From positions 9,749-73,748 of the forward strand of contig CAWESH010000005.1 of the NCBI GenBank assembly GCA_963811675.1: 64,000 nucleotides of DNA, read 5' to 3'. The notes beneath the pieces are model-generated. The model had not been told where the DNA came from, ran no database searches, and saw nothing but the letters and a program-made list of their open reading frames with translations. The DNA comes from an uncultured Actinomycetes bacterium (GTDB lineage Bacteria; Actinomycetota; Thermoleophilia; Gaiellales; JAICJC01). This document shows positions 27,986 through 39,144 of the stretch, one piece after another (positions within the stretch are counted from its first letter, which is position 1; each line of letters begins with the position of its first letter). The translations under genes were made by a program, and so were the position numbers.

Positions 27986-28328
27986 GTGGTGTTCGCGGTG
28001 CTGGGCATGCTGTCGCACGATGGCTCGGTGTTTGTGGCGGGCTTTGTGCGGGATGCCGTGCCACTCTTGGTGGGCTGGTTTGGCGTGGCCGCTCGTGGTC
28101 GGGACGTACCGCCACCCCAGCCGCGGGAAGCTGCTGATCACCTGGGCGATCGGGATTCCGCTGGGAGTCGCGATCCGAGCGGTGGCGCTGGGGCGGCATG
28201 CCGACGGCAAGCAGGCGGCCTTTCTGATCACCACCATGGTGTTCACGCTGGCGCTGGTGCTCGCGTTTCGCGCCGCGGGGGCGTACCTGGCTCAGCGATC
28301 GCCGGAGCGAAGCCAGAGTGACACCTGA
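27986..28328 (+). pseudogene. DUF3054-like small membrane protein, one frame break
   Basis: ..AAIVVFAVLGMLSHDG..FVRDAVPLLVGWFGVAA in the ORF 27929.. frame. Then LVVGTYRHPSRGKLLITWAIGIPLG.. in the ORF 27972.. frame, with a +1 join near 28085. Start is the GTG at 27986, or the ATG at 27929, which would translate through the palindrome. Confidence 0.5.
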
Positions 28329-29422
28329 CCGGGCTGAAGTGTCGATCCCACCACTCCCACCAGCTCGGTCGGACAGCGCGTCGAGATCGATCTGCTGACG
28401 CAGCCGGGTGCTGAACTCGTCCAGCGTCCTGGTGGCGTCGTAGCTGCTGCGGTAGAAGCGGTGGTCGACCAGCCGCTGCACCCGCCGGCGCACGGGGTGA
28501 AACGCGAGCGCGACCGCCAGCGTCGAGAGCGTCACCGCCACCGAATCCGACCAGCCCACCACGCTGCGAAAGCCCGTCGACAACAGCACCACCGCCCCCA
28601 GATAGAGGGCGCCCAGCGTGACCGCAACGCCTGCGTACACCAGCGTGCGCCGGATGATCACGTCGATCTCGTACAACCGGTAGCGAAAGATCGAGATGGC
28701 AAACGCGATCGGCAAGAGCGACCACGACGAGAACCACACGATCTCGGGGACCATCGTCGCTCGCCACGCCGATGATGACCATCACGACGAACGCGGCGAT
28801 GATCCATTTCAGCTGCTGGCGTTCGACGATCGTGCCGTGGCGGTAGCGCACCACCACTGCCGTAACCCCCGCTGCGAGTAATCCGAGCAGTGCGAACGCT
28901 GCAACGTTGAACGACGTACCCGGCCCCCGCGATGTACACAGGGTTGGGGATTCGCTCGTCGATCTGCGACTCCCCGAACACCGTCCCCAGCGTGGCGGCG
29001 GCGAGCGCGGCGCCTGCCACCCACGCCACCGGGCGCCAGCGCCGGGACGGGAGGTGGCCGTCCGGAATCAGCAGACCCAGGAAACACGCCGGCAACCCGA
29101 TCCCGACGATCCAGCCGGTGTCTCCGACCAGCCCCAGGGGCGTGGTGGCCGGCCAGCCCGTACCGGCGTTTTCGAAGTACGTCGCGCTCACGGCAGACAC
29201 GGAAATGATGAACGGCGTGACGCACAGGATCCACGCGAGGGCGTTCTTGGGTTGGCGCCCCACCACCAGGGTGCCCACGACCCCGTAGGACATCACGGCA
29301 AGCACGCCCGAGATCCCCGAGGCCACTCCGCTGGTGTCCCCGGCGGCGGCGAACACCACCAGGTTGATCAAGGTGACAACCGTCAACACGACGCCGATGC
29401 AGGTCGCGGTTCGGCCTGTCAT
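28292..29422 (-). pseudogene. multi-pass membrane protein resembling the N-terminal sensor part of a histidine kinase, three frame breaks
   Basis: Reading passes from ORF 28658..29422 to ORF 28243..28857 (VVRYRHGTIVERQQLKWII). It then passes to ORF 27963..28754 (IFRYRLYEIDVIIRRTLVYAG..VDHRFYRSSYDATRTLDEFSTRLRQQIDLDAL). The final frame reads ELVGVVGSTLQPGQVSLWLRSGDR*. No kinase core follows. All steps are +1 and the length is 3n. Confidence 0.55.
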
Positions 29423-29498
29423 GAGAGTGCTGGAGCGGATTGGTTCACCACGCTAAGTCTCCCACCGGACCGTTCCGGAGTCGTTACGGACGTCCGCG

Positions 29499-31586
29499 TT
29501 AGCAGTGGTCGCGGGGAAACTCATGCGTCCACGTGCGCGCGAACACCCGATGCCCACGTTCGCGCACGTCCAGCTCGGATGTGACCAGGAAGTGGGTGGC
29601 GGAGCTGGTCATCACCCCGGTCGCGCGGATGTCGACCCGGGAGTCCTCACGGCCGCCCACCGAGGTGTTCTCGACCCGCACCTCGGCCGACAGCGGATCG
29701 CCCTCAACCACGCTGTATGAGGCGACCGACGTGTCCTGATAGAGCAGCCCGTTGGGTATCCGGGTCAACGCCGCCCATGTCCCAGTCGAACGACAGCTCG
29801 GCGCGACCGCTGCCGAGGTCGCGGGTGACTGTTCGCGCCCCTCCGGGCCGGCCCTCGACCTGCTCGGTGGCAAGCGGCGCGGGCTCCTGCGGTGGATCGG
29901 GTGGCCGCGACGGGCCATCGTTCGGCCCTCGCCGGCCGCACGGGCAGCACCAGCTCGCTGCCCGCGCCGAGGTGCAGGGTGAGCGTCACAGGCTCGGGCG
30001 ACGGCCACGCCAGCGGCCAGTAGCACGGCGAGATCGACGAGCCGGATGCGGCTGCCGGCCTCGAATCGATGGGCGATCGAGTCGAGCTTGACGGTGATCG
30101 GATACTCCTGCCCCGGTTCCAGCAGGTGCCGGGTGTGCGTGGGAATCGCGATGGCAGAGGTTGAGCTGAGCGCGGGTCACCATGAGCGACGAACCGTCGG
30201 CGCGCAGCTCGCACAGCCGGACAGAGATCAGCGCCACCGGCCGGTCGGAGGACACCCCGACCGTGACCACCGGGAAGCCCAGGATCTCGAGCGGCTCTGG
30301 CAGCGGCGCGCCGGTGAACGTGAGCGAGCGGGCGTCGTCCACCGGCTGGTCGACCGGCAGGTCGGCCGAGCGGCCGTCGGCGCACCACGCGCCGCCGTCG
30401 AGACCGACGGTCTGGACGCTGCCGATGCTGCGCGTCAGCCCGTGCGACGCCGGATCGCCCAGCTCGCCGTCACCGAGCGCGAGCGTCAGCGGCTCGACTC
30501 AGCGGCGACGGCCACCGCTGCTCTGCCACCCACCGCCCCGGTCGCTGCTCCAGGTTGGCGCTGGGCGGCACCGAGTCCTGCATCCAGGCCACCACCATCG
30601 GCTCATGCGTCGATCCCGTTCTCGATGCCCTTCAGCCACCGATCCCACCAGCGCACGAACTCGCTCAGGATGCCGACCGCCGGGCCGGGGTTGCCGTGCA
30701 CCGGATCGTTGTGGCCCCACGGCCCGATCAGCGCCCGGCGCGGCACGTCGAGGCCCTCCATCAGCCGCAGCGCGGCGTCGTTGTAGCCGTCCGTCCAGCC
30801 GGCCACACACATCACCGCACACTCGATCTGGTCGTAGGCGCTCGCGCACCGCTGCCGTTCTCCCAGTACGCGTCGCGGCGCTGGTGCGCAAGCCAGTGCT
30901 CGATCCACGGCGGCTGCTCGAGCCGCTCCAGCCACATCTCACGCCAGCGCTCGCCGACCACCTCGGGGTCCGGCGGGCGGGCCTGCCAGGCGTGCATGCA
31001 GGTCGACCAGTGCACCATGTCCATCGGCTCGACCAGCCCGCCGCGGTAGTGCACGTCGTCGGCGAAGCGGTCGTCGGAGGCAAAGCACGAGGCGATCGCC
31101 TTCAACGCCGGCGGCCGCAGCGCCGCGACCTGGAGCGCATTGAAGCCGCTCCAGGAGTAGCCCATCATGCCGACCGCTGCCGGTGCACCACGGCTGAGCT
31201 GCCAGCCATGCGATCACCTCGACGCAGTCGGCCTGCTCTTGCGCGGTGTACTCGTCGCTGAGGATGCCCGTCGGACTCGCCACTGCCGCGGATGTCGACG
31301 CGCACACCGGCGTAGCCGTGACCCGGCGAACCAGGTCATCTGCTGGTGGTCGCCGGCGACCGTGCCGTCGTTGAGCCGGTAGGGCACCGCCTCGAGCACC
31401 GCGGGCACGGGATCGGCGATCGGCGTCGTCGGGCAGCCACACCCGCGCGGCCAGCCGGGTGCCGTCGCTCATGGGGATGAAGAGGCCGGTGCGGACGGTC
31501 GGGGTGCGGGGAAACGAGGTGACGGTGAGGGGGCGGTCAAGAGCGGGAGGATCCCAGAAACCGGCGATCACGCGGCGGCGCGGCAA
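29499..31586 (-). pseudogene. CocE/NonD (S15 X-Pro dipeptidyl-peptidase-like) hydrolase, at least six frame breaks
   Basis: Fragments spread over ORFs 30939..31586, 31214..31408, 30812..31168 (MMGYSWSGFNALQVAAL), 30603..30935 (VAGWTDGYND..GPWGH), 29986..30342, 29765..30388 and 29499..30026. The successive steps I could follow are all +1. Confidence 0.75.
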
Positions 31587-31610
31587 AGCCGATCAGGTAG
31601 GTTCTCGCGC

Positions 31611-33103
31611 ATGGAGCGGCCACCGACCCGTACGCGACCTGGACTGGGACGCCGACCGCGCTCGTGACCTGACCGAGCGGATGCTGGGCATCTGGAGCGA
31701 GCTGCTCGACGGCATGCGCGACCTGCCCGTCGAGCCGGGTCGAGCCGGCGGCCGACGTCGCCGAGGCGATGCGGCTGCCGATCGGTCTCCGAGCCGCTGG
31801 CGCCCGAGCAGATCGAGACGTCTGATGCGCGAGTTGGTGTTCGACCACTCCGCGCTGTGCGGCCACCCGGGATTCCTGGCGTACGTCTCCGGTGCCGGCA
31901 CCGTTCCCGGCGCCGCTGCCGACCTGCTGGCGTCGCGACTCAATCCCAACGTGGGCGGCTGGGTGCTATCGCCCGCGGCCACCGAGCTCGAGCTCCACCT
32001 GATGCGGTGGATGGCCGAACTGTTCGGACTGCCAGCCGGGCCGGCGGCCTGATGACGAGCGGCGGCGCCACCTCCAACCTGACTGCACTCAAGGCCGCGC
32101 GCGACAGCCGAGCCACCGGCGACATCCGCCGCGACGGGATCACCGAGCGGCTTGGCGATCTACACCTCCGCGGAGGCGCACGCCACGATCGAGGAGGCCG
32201 GGGACATGCTCGGCCTGGGGTCGCGGGCGGTGCGGCCGTCCCCACCGACGAGCGCCAGCAGATGCGCGTCGACCTGCTCGAGCAGGCTATCGAGGCGGAC
32301 ATCGCCGACGGTGTGCGGCCGATCGCCGTGGCCGCGACCGCCGGCACCACCGCCACCGGCTCGATCGATCCGCTGGACCAGGTCGCGCAGTGATCTGCCG
32401 CCGCCACGACCTGTGGTTCCACGTTGATGCCGCCTACGGTGGTGCGGCGATGTTCGCGCCGGCGCTGCGGCCCTTGCTGCGCGGCATCGAGCTGGCCGAC
32501 TCGATCACGTTTCGATCCGCACAAGTGGCTCTACACCCCCCACGCCAGCGGCTGCCTGCTGGTGCGAGACCCGCGCATCTGGGTCGCAAGCTACGGCTCC
32601 GACGCCGCCTACGTGTACGAGGATCGCGACCTCACCGGGCGCCGGCCGAGCTTCGGCGAGCTGGGACCGTCGTGGTCTCGGCCGTTCGTCGCGCTCAAGG
32701 TGTGGATGTCACTGGCCGCCCACGGACTGGACGCCTACGCCCGTCGGATCGCCCACGACGTGGATCTGGCCAGGTATCTCCACGCCGAGGCGACCCGCCG
32801 GGCGAACTCGAGCCGATGGCGCCGGTGGCGCTCTCGATCGCGTGCTTCCGATACGTGCCCGCCGACCTGCCGCCCGCCGCCGGTCGTGAGACGTACCTGA
32901 ATCGATCTCAACGAACGCCTGCTGCACGAGATCCGCGTGCACGGCCGGACCTTCCCCAGCAACGCCGAGATCGACGGCGCCTACTGCCTGCGGGCCTGCA
33001 TCGTCAACTACCGGGCCGAGGCCGACACATCGACGCTCTGCTTGACACCGCCGTGACCCTCGGACGGCAGCTGGATCAGCAGCTGCGCCCGTCAGTCGGG
33101 TAG
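31611..33103 (+). pseudogene. group II pyridoxal-phosphate-dependent decarboxylase, at least six frame breaks
   Basis: HPGFLAYVSGAGT.., [58 protein letters not shown] and ..FRYVPADL lie on different frames (ORFs 31459, 31857, 32152, 32390, 32424 ..). Confidence 0.75.
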
Positions 33104-34292
33104 CAGCGGCACCGACCAGCCCTGGTCGCGGCCCAGCAGCACCGCTCGCGTGATCGCCGCCGTGCCGAACCGCGCGCGCACCTGATCGACCGCCGCATCG
33201 AGCGCGCTGTCGCGGGCGCGCTCGAATGGGAGCATCAGCTGCATCGGGGTCTCGTTGTCCAGATTGGCCACCGCCACGCCGATCAGCGTCAGGCCGCGGT
33301 GACTGATCATGGGCGCGGCGAATGCCAGCAGCTGCCGGGCGGTGGACAGCACCAGCTGCGTCTCGGCGGTCGCAAACGGCAGCGTGTGCGACCGCGTCGC
33401 CCGCGAGAAGTCGTCGAAGCGAAAGCGCAGGACGACGGTGCGACCCGACCCGACCGGCGAGTCGCATCCGCCGGGTGACCCGGTCGACCAGCGAGATCAG
33501 GATGGCGTCGATCTCCTCCATCGACCGCCTCGATCGGCCCAGTGCCCGCTGCGAGCCGATCGAACGCCGCCGCCGCCTGGTCTGCACCGGCCGGGGATCG
33601 CGATTGTGGGCGAGCGCATGCAGATGCCTCCCCGAGGCCGCGCCCCAGCAGCGACACCAGCGCGGCCTCGTCCAGCCGGGCGACCTGGGCCACGGTCACG
33701 ATCCCCCGCTCGCGCAGCTTCCTCGACAGTCACCGGCCCCACGCCCCACAGCCGCTCCACCGGCAGCGGGTGCAGGAACTCGAGCTCTCCGTCGGGCGGC
33801 ACCACCAGCAGGCCGTCGGGCTTGGCCACCCCGCTCGCCACCTTGGCCAGAAACTTGGTGCGAGCGATGCCGACGGTGATCGGCAGTCCCACCCGTTCCA
33901 GCACCGCCCGCGCGCAGCCGCACAGCGATGTCGACCGGCGATCCGGCGATCCGCCGCATCCCGCGCACGTCCAGAAACGCCTCGTCGATCGAGAGCCCCT
34001 CCACCAGCGGCGAGGTGTCGTCGAAGACTCGGTAGACCGCCTTGCTTGCCTCGGAGTAGGCGGTCATGCGCGGCCGCACCACGATCGCGTGCGGACACAG
34101 CCCGCGGGCCTGCCGACCGCTCATCGCGGTGCGGACGCCGTGGGCCTTGGCCTCGTAGCTGGCTGCCAGCACCACACCGCCGCCGACGATCACCGCCCGT
34201 CCACGCAGGCGGGGATCGTCTCGCTGCTCGACCGACGCGTAGAACGCATCCAGGTCGGCGTGGAGAATGGTCGCCTCGGCCATATCGAACAT
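33092..34292 (-). pseudogene. dinB: second Y-family DNA polymerase IV copy, four frame breaks
   Basis: ILHADLDAFYASVEQRDDP..ASYEAKAHGVRTAM..SIDEAFLDV in ORF 33696..34292. Then GIARTKFLAKVASGVAKPDGLLVV..ERLWGVGP (33497..33904), then 33307..33699, then 32709..33587, then 33092..33352 (..RARFGTAAITRAVLL). Each step is +1. Length is 1201 nt (3n+1). Confidence 0.8.
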
Positions 34293-34360
34293 ATGTTCGC
34301 ATACACCGGCGGTCTACCGCAAAGATTGCGGCCGCGGCGGCACGTTCGGCCAGCCGGTCG

Positions 34361-35161
34361 TCACCCCAGCTGCTCGACCCAGCCGGCGAAGTCGGCCGTC
34401 GGGCCGGCCCAGCGCAAGATCGTCATCCTCGCTGAACAGCTCGGCACCGTCTCGGAGCGTGGCCAGATCCTTGAACAGCAGCGCCAGTTCGCGGCGTGTC
34501 GTCGCTGAGCACCTCGTCGGGGAACTGCCTCGATCGGCCCGTGCTGGTTCACCAGGCGCGCGGCCGTCACCCGGCCGATCCCGGGAATCCCCGGGTAGCC
34601 GTCGGCCGAGTCACCCACCAGCGCCAGCAGGTCGGGGATCAGCACGGGATCCACACCGAACTTCTCGCGCACCCCCTCGGCATTTCGGATCGCCTTGGCG
34701 CGACGGTCGACCTGCACCACCCGGTCGCCGCGAACGGACTGTCCCAGATCCTTGTCCGGCGTCCAGATCCGCACCTGCTCGACGGCGTCGTCGGCGTCTG
34801 CGATGCGAGCCGCCGAGGCCAGCCCGTCATCGGCTTCCAGCTCGATCATCGGCCAGATCGCGACCCCCATCGCGGCCACCGCCTGCTCCAGCGGCTGAAA
34901 CTGCGAGAACAGCGCGATCGACCCCCGCCCGGTCTTGTACCCCGCCCACAGATCGTTTCGGAAGGACTCGATCACGTGGTCGGTTGCCACCCCGATGTGG
35001 GTCGCGCCCTCCTCGATCATCTGCAAGAGCGAATGCAGAACACCGATGACTGCGCCGAACTCCACGTCCTCCGAAGCGCCCCTGCGCCTGCCGTAGAACT
35101 GGCGGAAGAGCTCGTAGGTGCCGTCGATGAGGTGGATGACCATCACCTGCGATGGTGCCAC
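34361..35161 (-). CDS. 5'-3' exonuclease / flap endonuclease (PIN-like), open but with an internally scrambled segment
   Basis: VIHLIDGTYELFR.., ELEADDGLA and GDSADGYPGIPGIG are FEN-like. Between ~34523 and ~34415 the expected sequence (DEVLSDDTP / RELALLFKDLATLRDGAELFSEDDDL) reads in the two other frames, and the listed frame returns for ..RWAGPTADFAGWVEQLG*. Confidence 0.75.
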   Translation of the reverse strand: MAPSQVMVIHLIDGTYELFRQFYGRRRGASEDVEFGAVIGVLHSLLQMIEEGATHIGVATDHVIESFRNDLWAGYKTGRGSIALFSQFQPLEQAVAAMGVAIWPMIELEADDGLASAARIADADDAVEQVRIWTPDKDLGQSVRGDRVVQVDRRAKAIRNAEGVREKFGVDPVLIPDLLALVGDSADGYPGIPGIGRVTAARLVNQHGPIEAVPRRGAQRRHAANWRCCSRIWPRSETVPSCSARMTILRWAGPTADFAGWVEQLG

Positions 35162-35165
35162 AGAA

Positions 35166-35496
35166 TCAATCGTCGGCGAACAGGATGAGGGCCAGCACGG
35201 CCCACATCAACAGCTCGGTCACGGCGTAGTCCAGCCACAGAAGCGCGATTGCGGGCGAGGCTGCCGGCGGCCCGCCGATGCAGTTCCAGGTGGCCCCGCT
35301 CGGCGCGAGCCCAGATATAGCCCCCGTCCTCGAGATCACCCGACTGGTAGCGGCACAGGAGCTTCACGAAGCTGTCCCTGCGGCCGCGTCCGGGACTGTG
35401 TGTGCGGGTGGTTGCCTGTCGGTCATGCACATAGTCGACCAGGAATCCCCGCCGCTGACCTCCGGCATTCTCCCAGTCCGGGTAGTATTGGGGCAC
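35166..35496 (-). pseudogene. small hypothetical protein with possible C-terminal TM tail in another frame
   Basis: ORF 35143..35496 starts MPQYYPDWENAGG... From ~35255 an alternative frame gives WNCIGGPPAASPAIALLWLDYAVTELLMWAVLALILFADD* (stop 35166-35168), which looks more protein-like than the Arg-rich listed tail. Confidence 0.25.
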
Positions 35497-35577
35497 GCGC
35501 GATGAGGCTCGCGCCTAACCGCCCTCAGGGGCTGATGGCCTCTACCACTCGGTAGAACCACGTCCTGGAGGTGTGCG

Positions 35578-36958
35578 GTGAGCGATCTAGCCCTGGCAGC
35601 GCTGCTGACGACGGCGATTCTTTTGGCGAGCATGGTGTCGATCGAGGCCGGCCTCTCGGTCGCGCTGATCGAGCTGGCCGCCGGCGTCGCGGTGGGAAAC
35701 CTGTTCACGGTGAGCGTGCCCGACTGGCTCTCGTTCATCGGCACGTTCGCGGGTGTGCTGCTGACGTTCCTGGCCGGCGCGGAGGTCGACGTGCCCCAGT
35801 TTCGCCGCGAGTGGCGGGCCAGCGTCCTGATCGGCGCGGTCTCGTTTGCCGCGCCGTTCGTGGTCGCACTCGGAGCCTGCTACTGGCTGGCCGGGTGGAA
35901 CCGAGACCAGGCCGAGATCGGCGGGTCTGGCACTCTCCACCACCAGCCTGGCAGTCGTGTACGCGGTGCTGGTCGAGACCGGCCTCAACCGCTCGATCAT
36001 CGGCAAGCGGATCATGTCGGCGACGTTCATCACCGACATCCTCACGGTGATCGGCCTGTCGGTGCTGTTCGTCACCCCCAACCTGTGGGTGATCCCGTTC
36101 GTGGTGCTCTCGATCGCGTTCATCTGGGGCCTCCCCAAGATCGCGCCGTGGTTCTTCGGCCGCTACGGCGACCGGGTGATCGAACCCGAGATCAAGCTGG
36201 TGTTCGCCGCGCTCTTCGTCCTGATCTACTTCGGCACCAAGGCCGACAGCCAACCGGTGCTGCCGGCGTTCATCCTCGGCCTGGCGATGAGCGGCCACTA
36301 CGCCCAGCACCGCCAGGAGCAGGAGCGCCTGCGCGTGGTCGCATTCGCGTTTCTGACGCCGTTCTTCTTCATCAAGGGCGGCCTCAACGTGTCGCTCTCG
36401 GCGGTGTGGGCAAACCTGGGCGTGCTGGCCCTGCTGATCGTGGCCAAGATCGCGCCCAAGTTCGCCGGCGTCTACCCGCTGGCGCGTCGCTACACCAAAC
36501 CGCACGCGGCGTTCACGACGCTGCTGATGTCGACCGGCCTGACATTCGGCACGATCACGTCGTTGTACGGACTCCAGGCGGGGATCATCGACGAGACCCA
36601 GTTCTCGCTGCTGGTGACGGTGGTCGTGCTGTCGGCGATCGTGCCCACCGCGATCGCCCAGCACTTCTTCAGCCCCACCGCGGAGCAGGTCGCCGCTGAG
36701 GTCGACCCCAGCGAGCGAGGCGCACCCAGCCTCGCGCGAGAGAGCGCTACCGAGCCGGCAACGGCGGTGGGAGGCGCACCGTCGCGACCGTGCCACCGCC
36801 CGGCCGATCCGCGAGCGAGATCGATCCCTGCTGAACCTCGGCCAGCGCCTGGGAAATCGCGAGGCCGAGCCCGATGCCCTCGCCGTCATGGGCGAAGCGT
36901 TCAAACAGGTGGTCGCGCACCTTGGGGTCGATGCCCGTGCCACGATCGGCGACCGTGA
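35578..36958 (+). pseudogene. cation:proton antiporter (CPA family), one frame break, 3' end uncertain
   Basis: GTG at 35578 with GGAGG 7 nt upstream. TM-rich MSDLALAALLTTAILLASMVS..LTFLAGAEVD.. in ORF 35578.., then ALSTTSLAVVYAVLVETGL..FFFIKGGLNV.. in ORF 35846.., with a +1 join near 35920. The last ~70 codons overlap the convergent kinase gene and are probably not genuine. Confidence 0.75.
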
Positions 36959-38103
36959 TCTCGACATGCTCACCGCGGGTCGTCGCCGAAAACTCGATGG
37001 GCGAGCCGACAGGGCTGTGTTCCTGAGCATTTCGGGCAAGGTTGAGCACGATCTGGCGCAGCACGTCCTCGTCGGCCGATGCGGTGCTGCCGTCCCCCGC
37101 AACGACCGCCCACTCCCGGTCACCTAGCCGTGAAAGCTGGGAGGCGACCGACTGGAGCAGCGGCTCGACCGGCACGGCCACGATGTTGAGTCGCTCGACC
37201 TCACTCGCGCGGGCCAGCTGCAGCAGTCCGTCCACCAGCCGGCCCATCCGGTCGATCTCGGCGATCGCCACGTCCACCGCCTCATCGCGCTGCTCCGTGG
37301 TGGCGTCGGGATTCTCTGCCAGCAGCTCCAGGTGGCCGCGAGCGATCGTCAGCGGTGTGCGCAGTTCGTGGGACGCATCTTCGAGGAACCGCTTCTGCGA
37401 GTCGAAGGCCGTCTCCAACCGGTTGAGCATGCGGTCGATGGCAGCCGCCACTGCACCGATCTCGTCGCGGTTTTCGAGTCCTGTCCGCAGCCCCATGGCA
37501 TCTGGCGCGACTTCGTTCGCCAACGTCGTGATCGACTCCAGCGGCCGCAGGCCGCGGCGCGCCGCGAACCACGCGCCCACCGTGGTCAGGACCACGCCGA
37601 CGGCGCCGGCCAGGAGCGTGGCGTGAAGCAGGCTCTCCATCGATTCCAACACCGGCTGAAGCGGGGCCGCTGCCAACGCGTATTCACCACTGTCGATCGG
37701 CACCACGCTGACTCGGAACTTCCCCGACGGAAGCTGCAGCGTGGCCACATGTGCTCTCTGGGAGAACAGCCCCGACTCCGCGCGCCCGGGTTGCGAGCAC
37801 ACGCGCATCAGCGTTTGGGGCGATCACGCGGTGGTCGTCATACAAGGCAAGCAGGTGGCCCGAGGCGACCGCTTCGCGCGCGTTCACGAATCGCTCACTC
37901 GAGCCCGGCTCATCCCCGTGTTCGGCTCCCTCCGCACGACCGCCGAGCTTGTCGGCGTCGGCTCGGAGTGAGCTGTCGACTCGGTTGAGCGCGTTGCGGT
38001 GGGCGTACTCGTACACGGTCAGCAGGCTGATGGCGAGCACGATCATCGCCAGGCCGGCATAGAGCAGCGCCAGCCGCGTGCGCAGGGACACGTGCCTGAT
38101 CAT
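36747..38103 (-). pseudogene. sensor histidine kinase (HAMP-HisKA-HATPase), one frame break
   Basis: The N-terminal TM/sensor part is in ORF 37684..38103. The rest is in ORF 36747..37808 (FLEDASHELRTPLT, NLARNAQEH, DRGTGI, GIGLGLAI). The +1 join is near 37790. Length is 1357 nt (3n+1). Confidence 0.8.
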
Positions 38104-38759
38104 TCAGGCGAGAGGCGGTAGCCGACACCCCGGACAGTCTCGATCGTGCCCGGCGCGAGCTTCTGTCGCAGCGAGGCGATATACACATCGATCATGTTCG
38201 AACGCACGTTAGAAAGGCTGTCCCACGCGCCCTCGGCCAACTGAGACCTGGTCAGCACCTGACCGGGATTTCGCATCAGATGGGCGAGCAGCGTGAACTC
38301 CCGGTTTGAGAGCGTGAAAACTCCCAGCGGTGATTCGAGTTCGCGTTTGTACACGTCCAGACGCGTGCTTCCGGCGCTCAAAAGCTCCACCGGCGGCTCG
38401 GCGCTACGGCGGATCTGGGCGCGGATGCGGGCGGTCAGCTCCCGAAAGGAGAACGGCTTGACAACGTAGTCGACCGCCCCCAGCTCGAGGCCGTGGATCC
38501 TGTCCTCCACGCCCGACCGAGCGGTCAGCATGATCACCGGTACGCCCGGTACCACCCCCCGGAGCGCTTCCAGCAGCTCGAAGCCGTCCGCCCCCGGCAT
38601 CATCACGTCCAGCACGGCCAGCGTGGGCGGATCGGAGCGGGCGAGTGAGAGTGCCTCATCGGCGCTCGCCGCTGTCTGCACGTCGAATCCCTGTGTGCGA
38701 AGGCCGCGCTCCAGCAGGCTCAGGAGCCGCGGTTCATCGTCAACCACGAGCAGATGCAT
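38100..38759 (-). CDS. OmpR-family response regulator
   Basis: MHLLVVDDEP..LDVMMPGADG..DYVVKPF receiver, plus a winged-helix C-terminus (..IDVYIASLRQKL..VRGVGYRL). The stop overlaps the kinase start (ATGA). The long N-terminal extension of listed ORF 38100..39314 is not supported. Confidence 0.9.
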   Translation of the reverse strand: MHLLVVDDEPRLLSLLERGLRTQGFDVQTAASADEALSLARSDPPTLAVLDVMMPGADGFELLEALRGVVPGVPVIMLTARSGVEDRIHGLELGAVDYVVKPFSFRELTARIRAQIRRSAEPPVELLSAGSTRLDVYKRELESPLGVFTLSNREFTLLAHLMRNPGQVLTRSQLAEGAWDSLSNVRSNMIDVYIASLRQKLAPGTIETVRGVGYRLSPE

Positions 38760-38760
38760 G

Positions 38761-38795
38761 GTTTGACGGTATCGCGACGTCGTGTGACTCGCGAC
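38761..38795. promoter_or_regulatory. imperfect direct repeat in the divergent regulator/redox-operon intergenic region
   Basis: gtttgac-ggta-tcgcgac (38761-38778) and gtgtgac-tcgcgac (38782-38795). The GTnTGAC units are 21 nt apart and TCGCGAC occurs twice. This is a candidate response-regulator site only. Confidence 0.2.
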
Positions 38796-38838
38796 CGGGC
38801 ATGAAGAACCATTCATCTTCCGCGGCCACAGTGAAGTC

Positions 38839-39144
38839 ATGAGACACCACCGGATACGCCACCGCGACCTCGGGCGCGCTCGCATCTCCCGGCTCACCAG
38901 GGTGGCCGCCGCTGCCGCCGCGACAGGGGCGCTGGTGATATCGGTGGCGGCTGCACGCTCGAATCCCGGCCGGTTCACGTCCCCGCCGCAGCCGGCGAGT
39001 GTTGCACACCAGGTGCACAGGGCGCAGAGTACCCCCAGCAGCCCGCCGGCTTCGACCGGGAGCGCGGGAGCAGCCACACAATCGTCTCCGCCACCGGTCA
39101 CCTCGACCTCCACTCCACCGGTCATCGTCACGGGTGGATCATGA
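38839..39144 (+). CDS. small membrane-anchored Pro/Ser/Thr-rich protein (function unknown)
   Basis: 101-aa ORF with a basic N-terminus, a hydrophobic segment VAAAAAATGALVISVAAA and a P/S/T-rich tail. The stop overlaps the apbE start (ATGA). Low-complexity sequence, so coding status is uncertain. Confidence 0.35.
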   Translation: MRHHRIRHRDLGRARISRLTRVAAAAAATGALVISVAAARSNPGRFTSPPQPASVAHQVHRAQSTPSSPPASTGSAGAATQSSPPPVTSTSTPPVIVTGGS

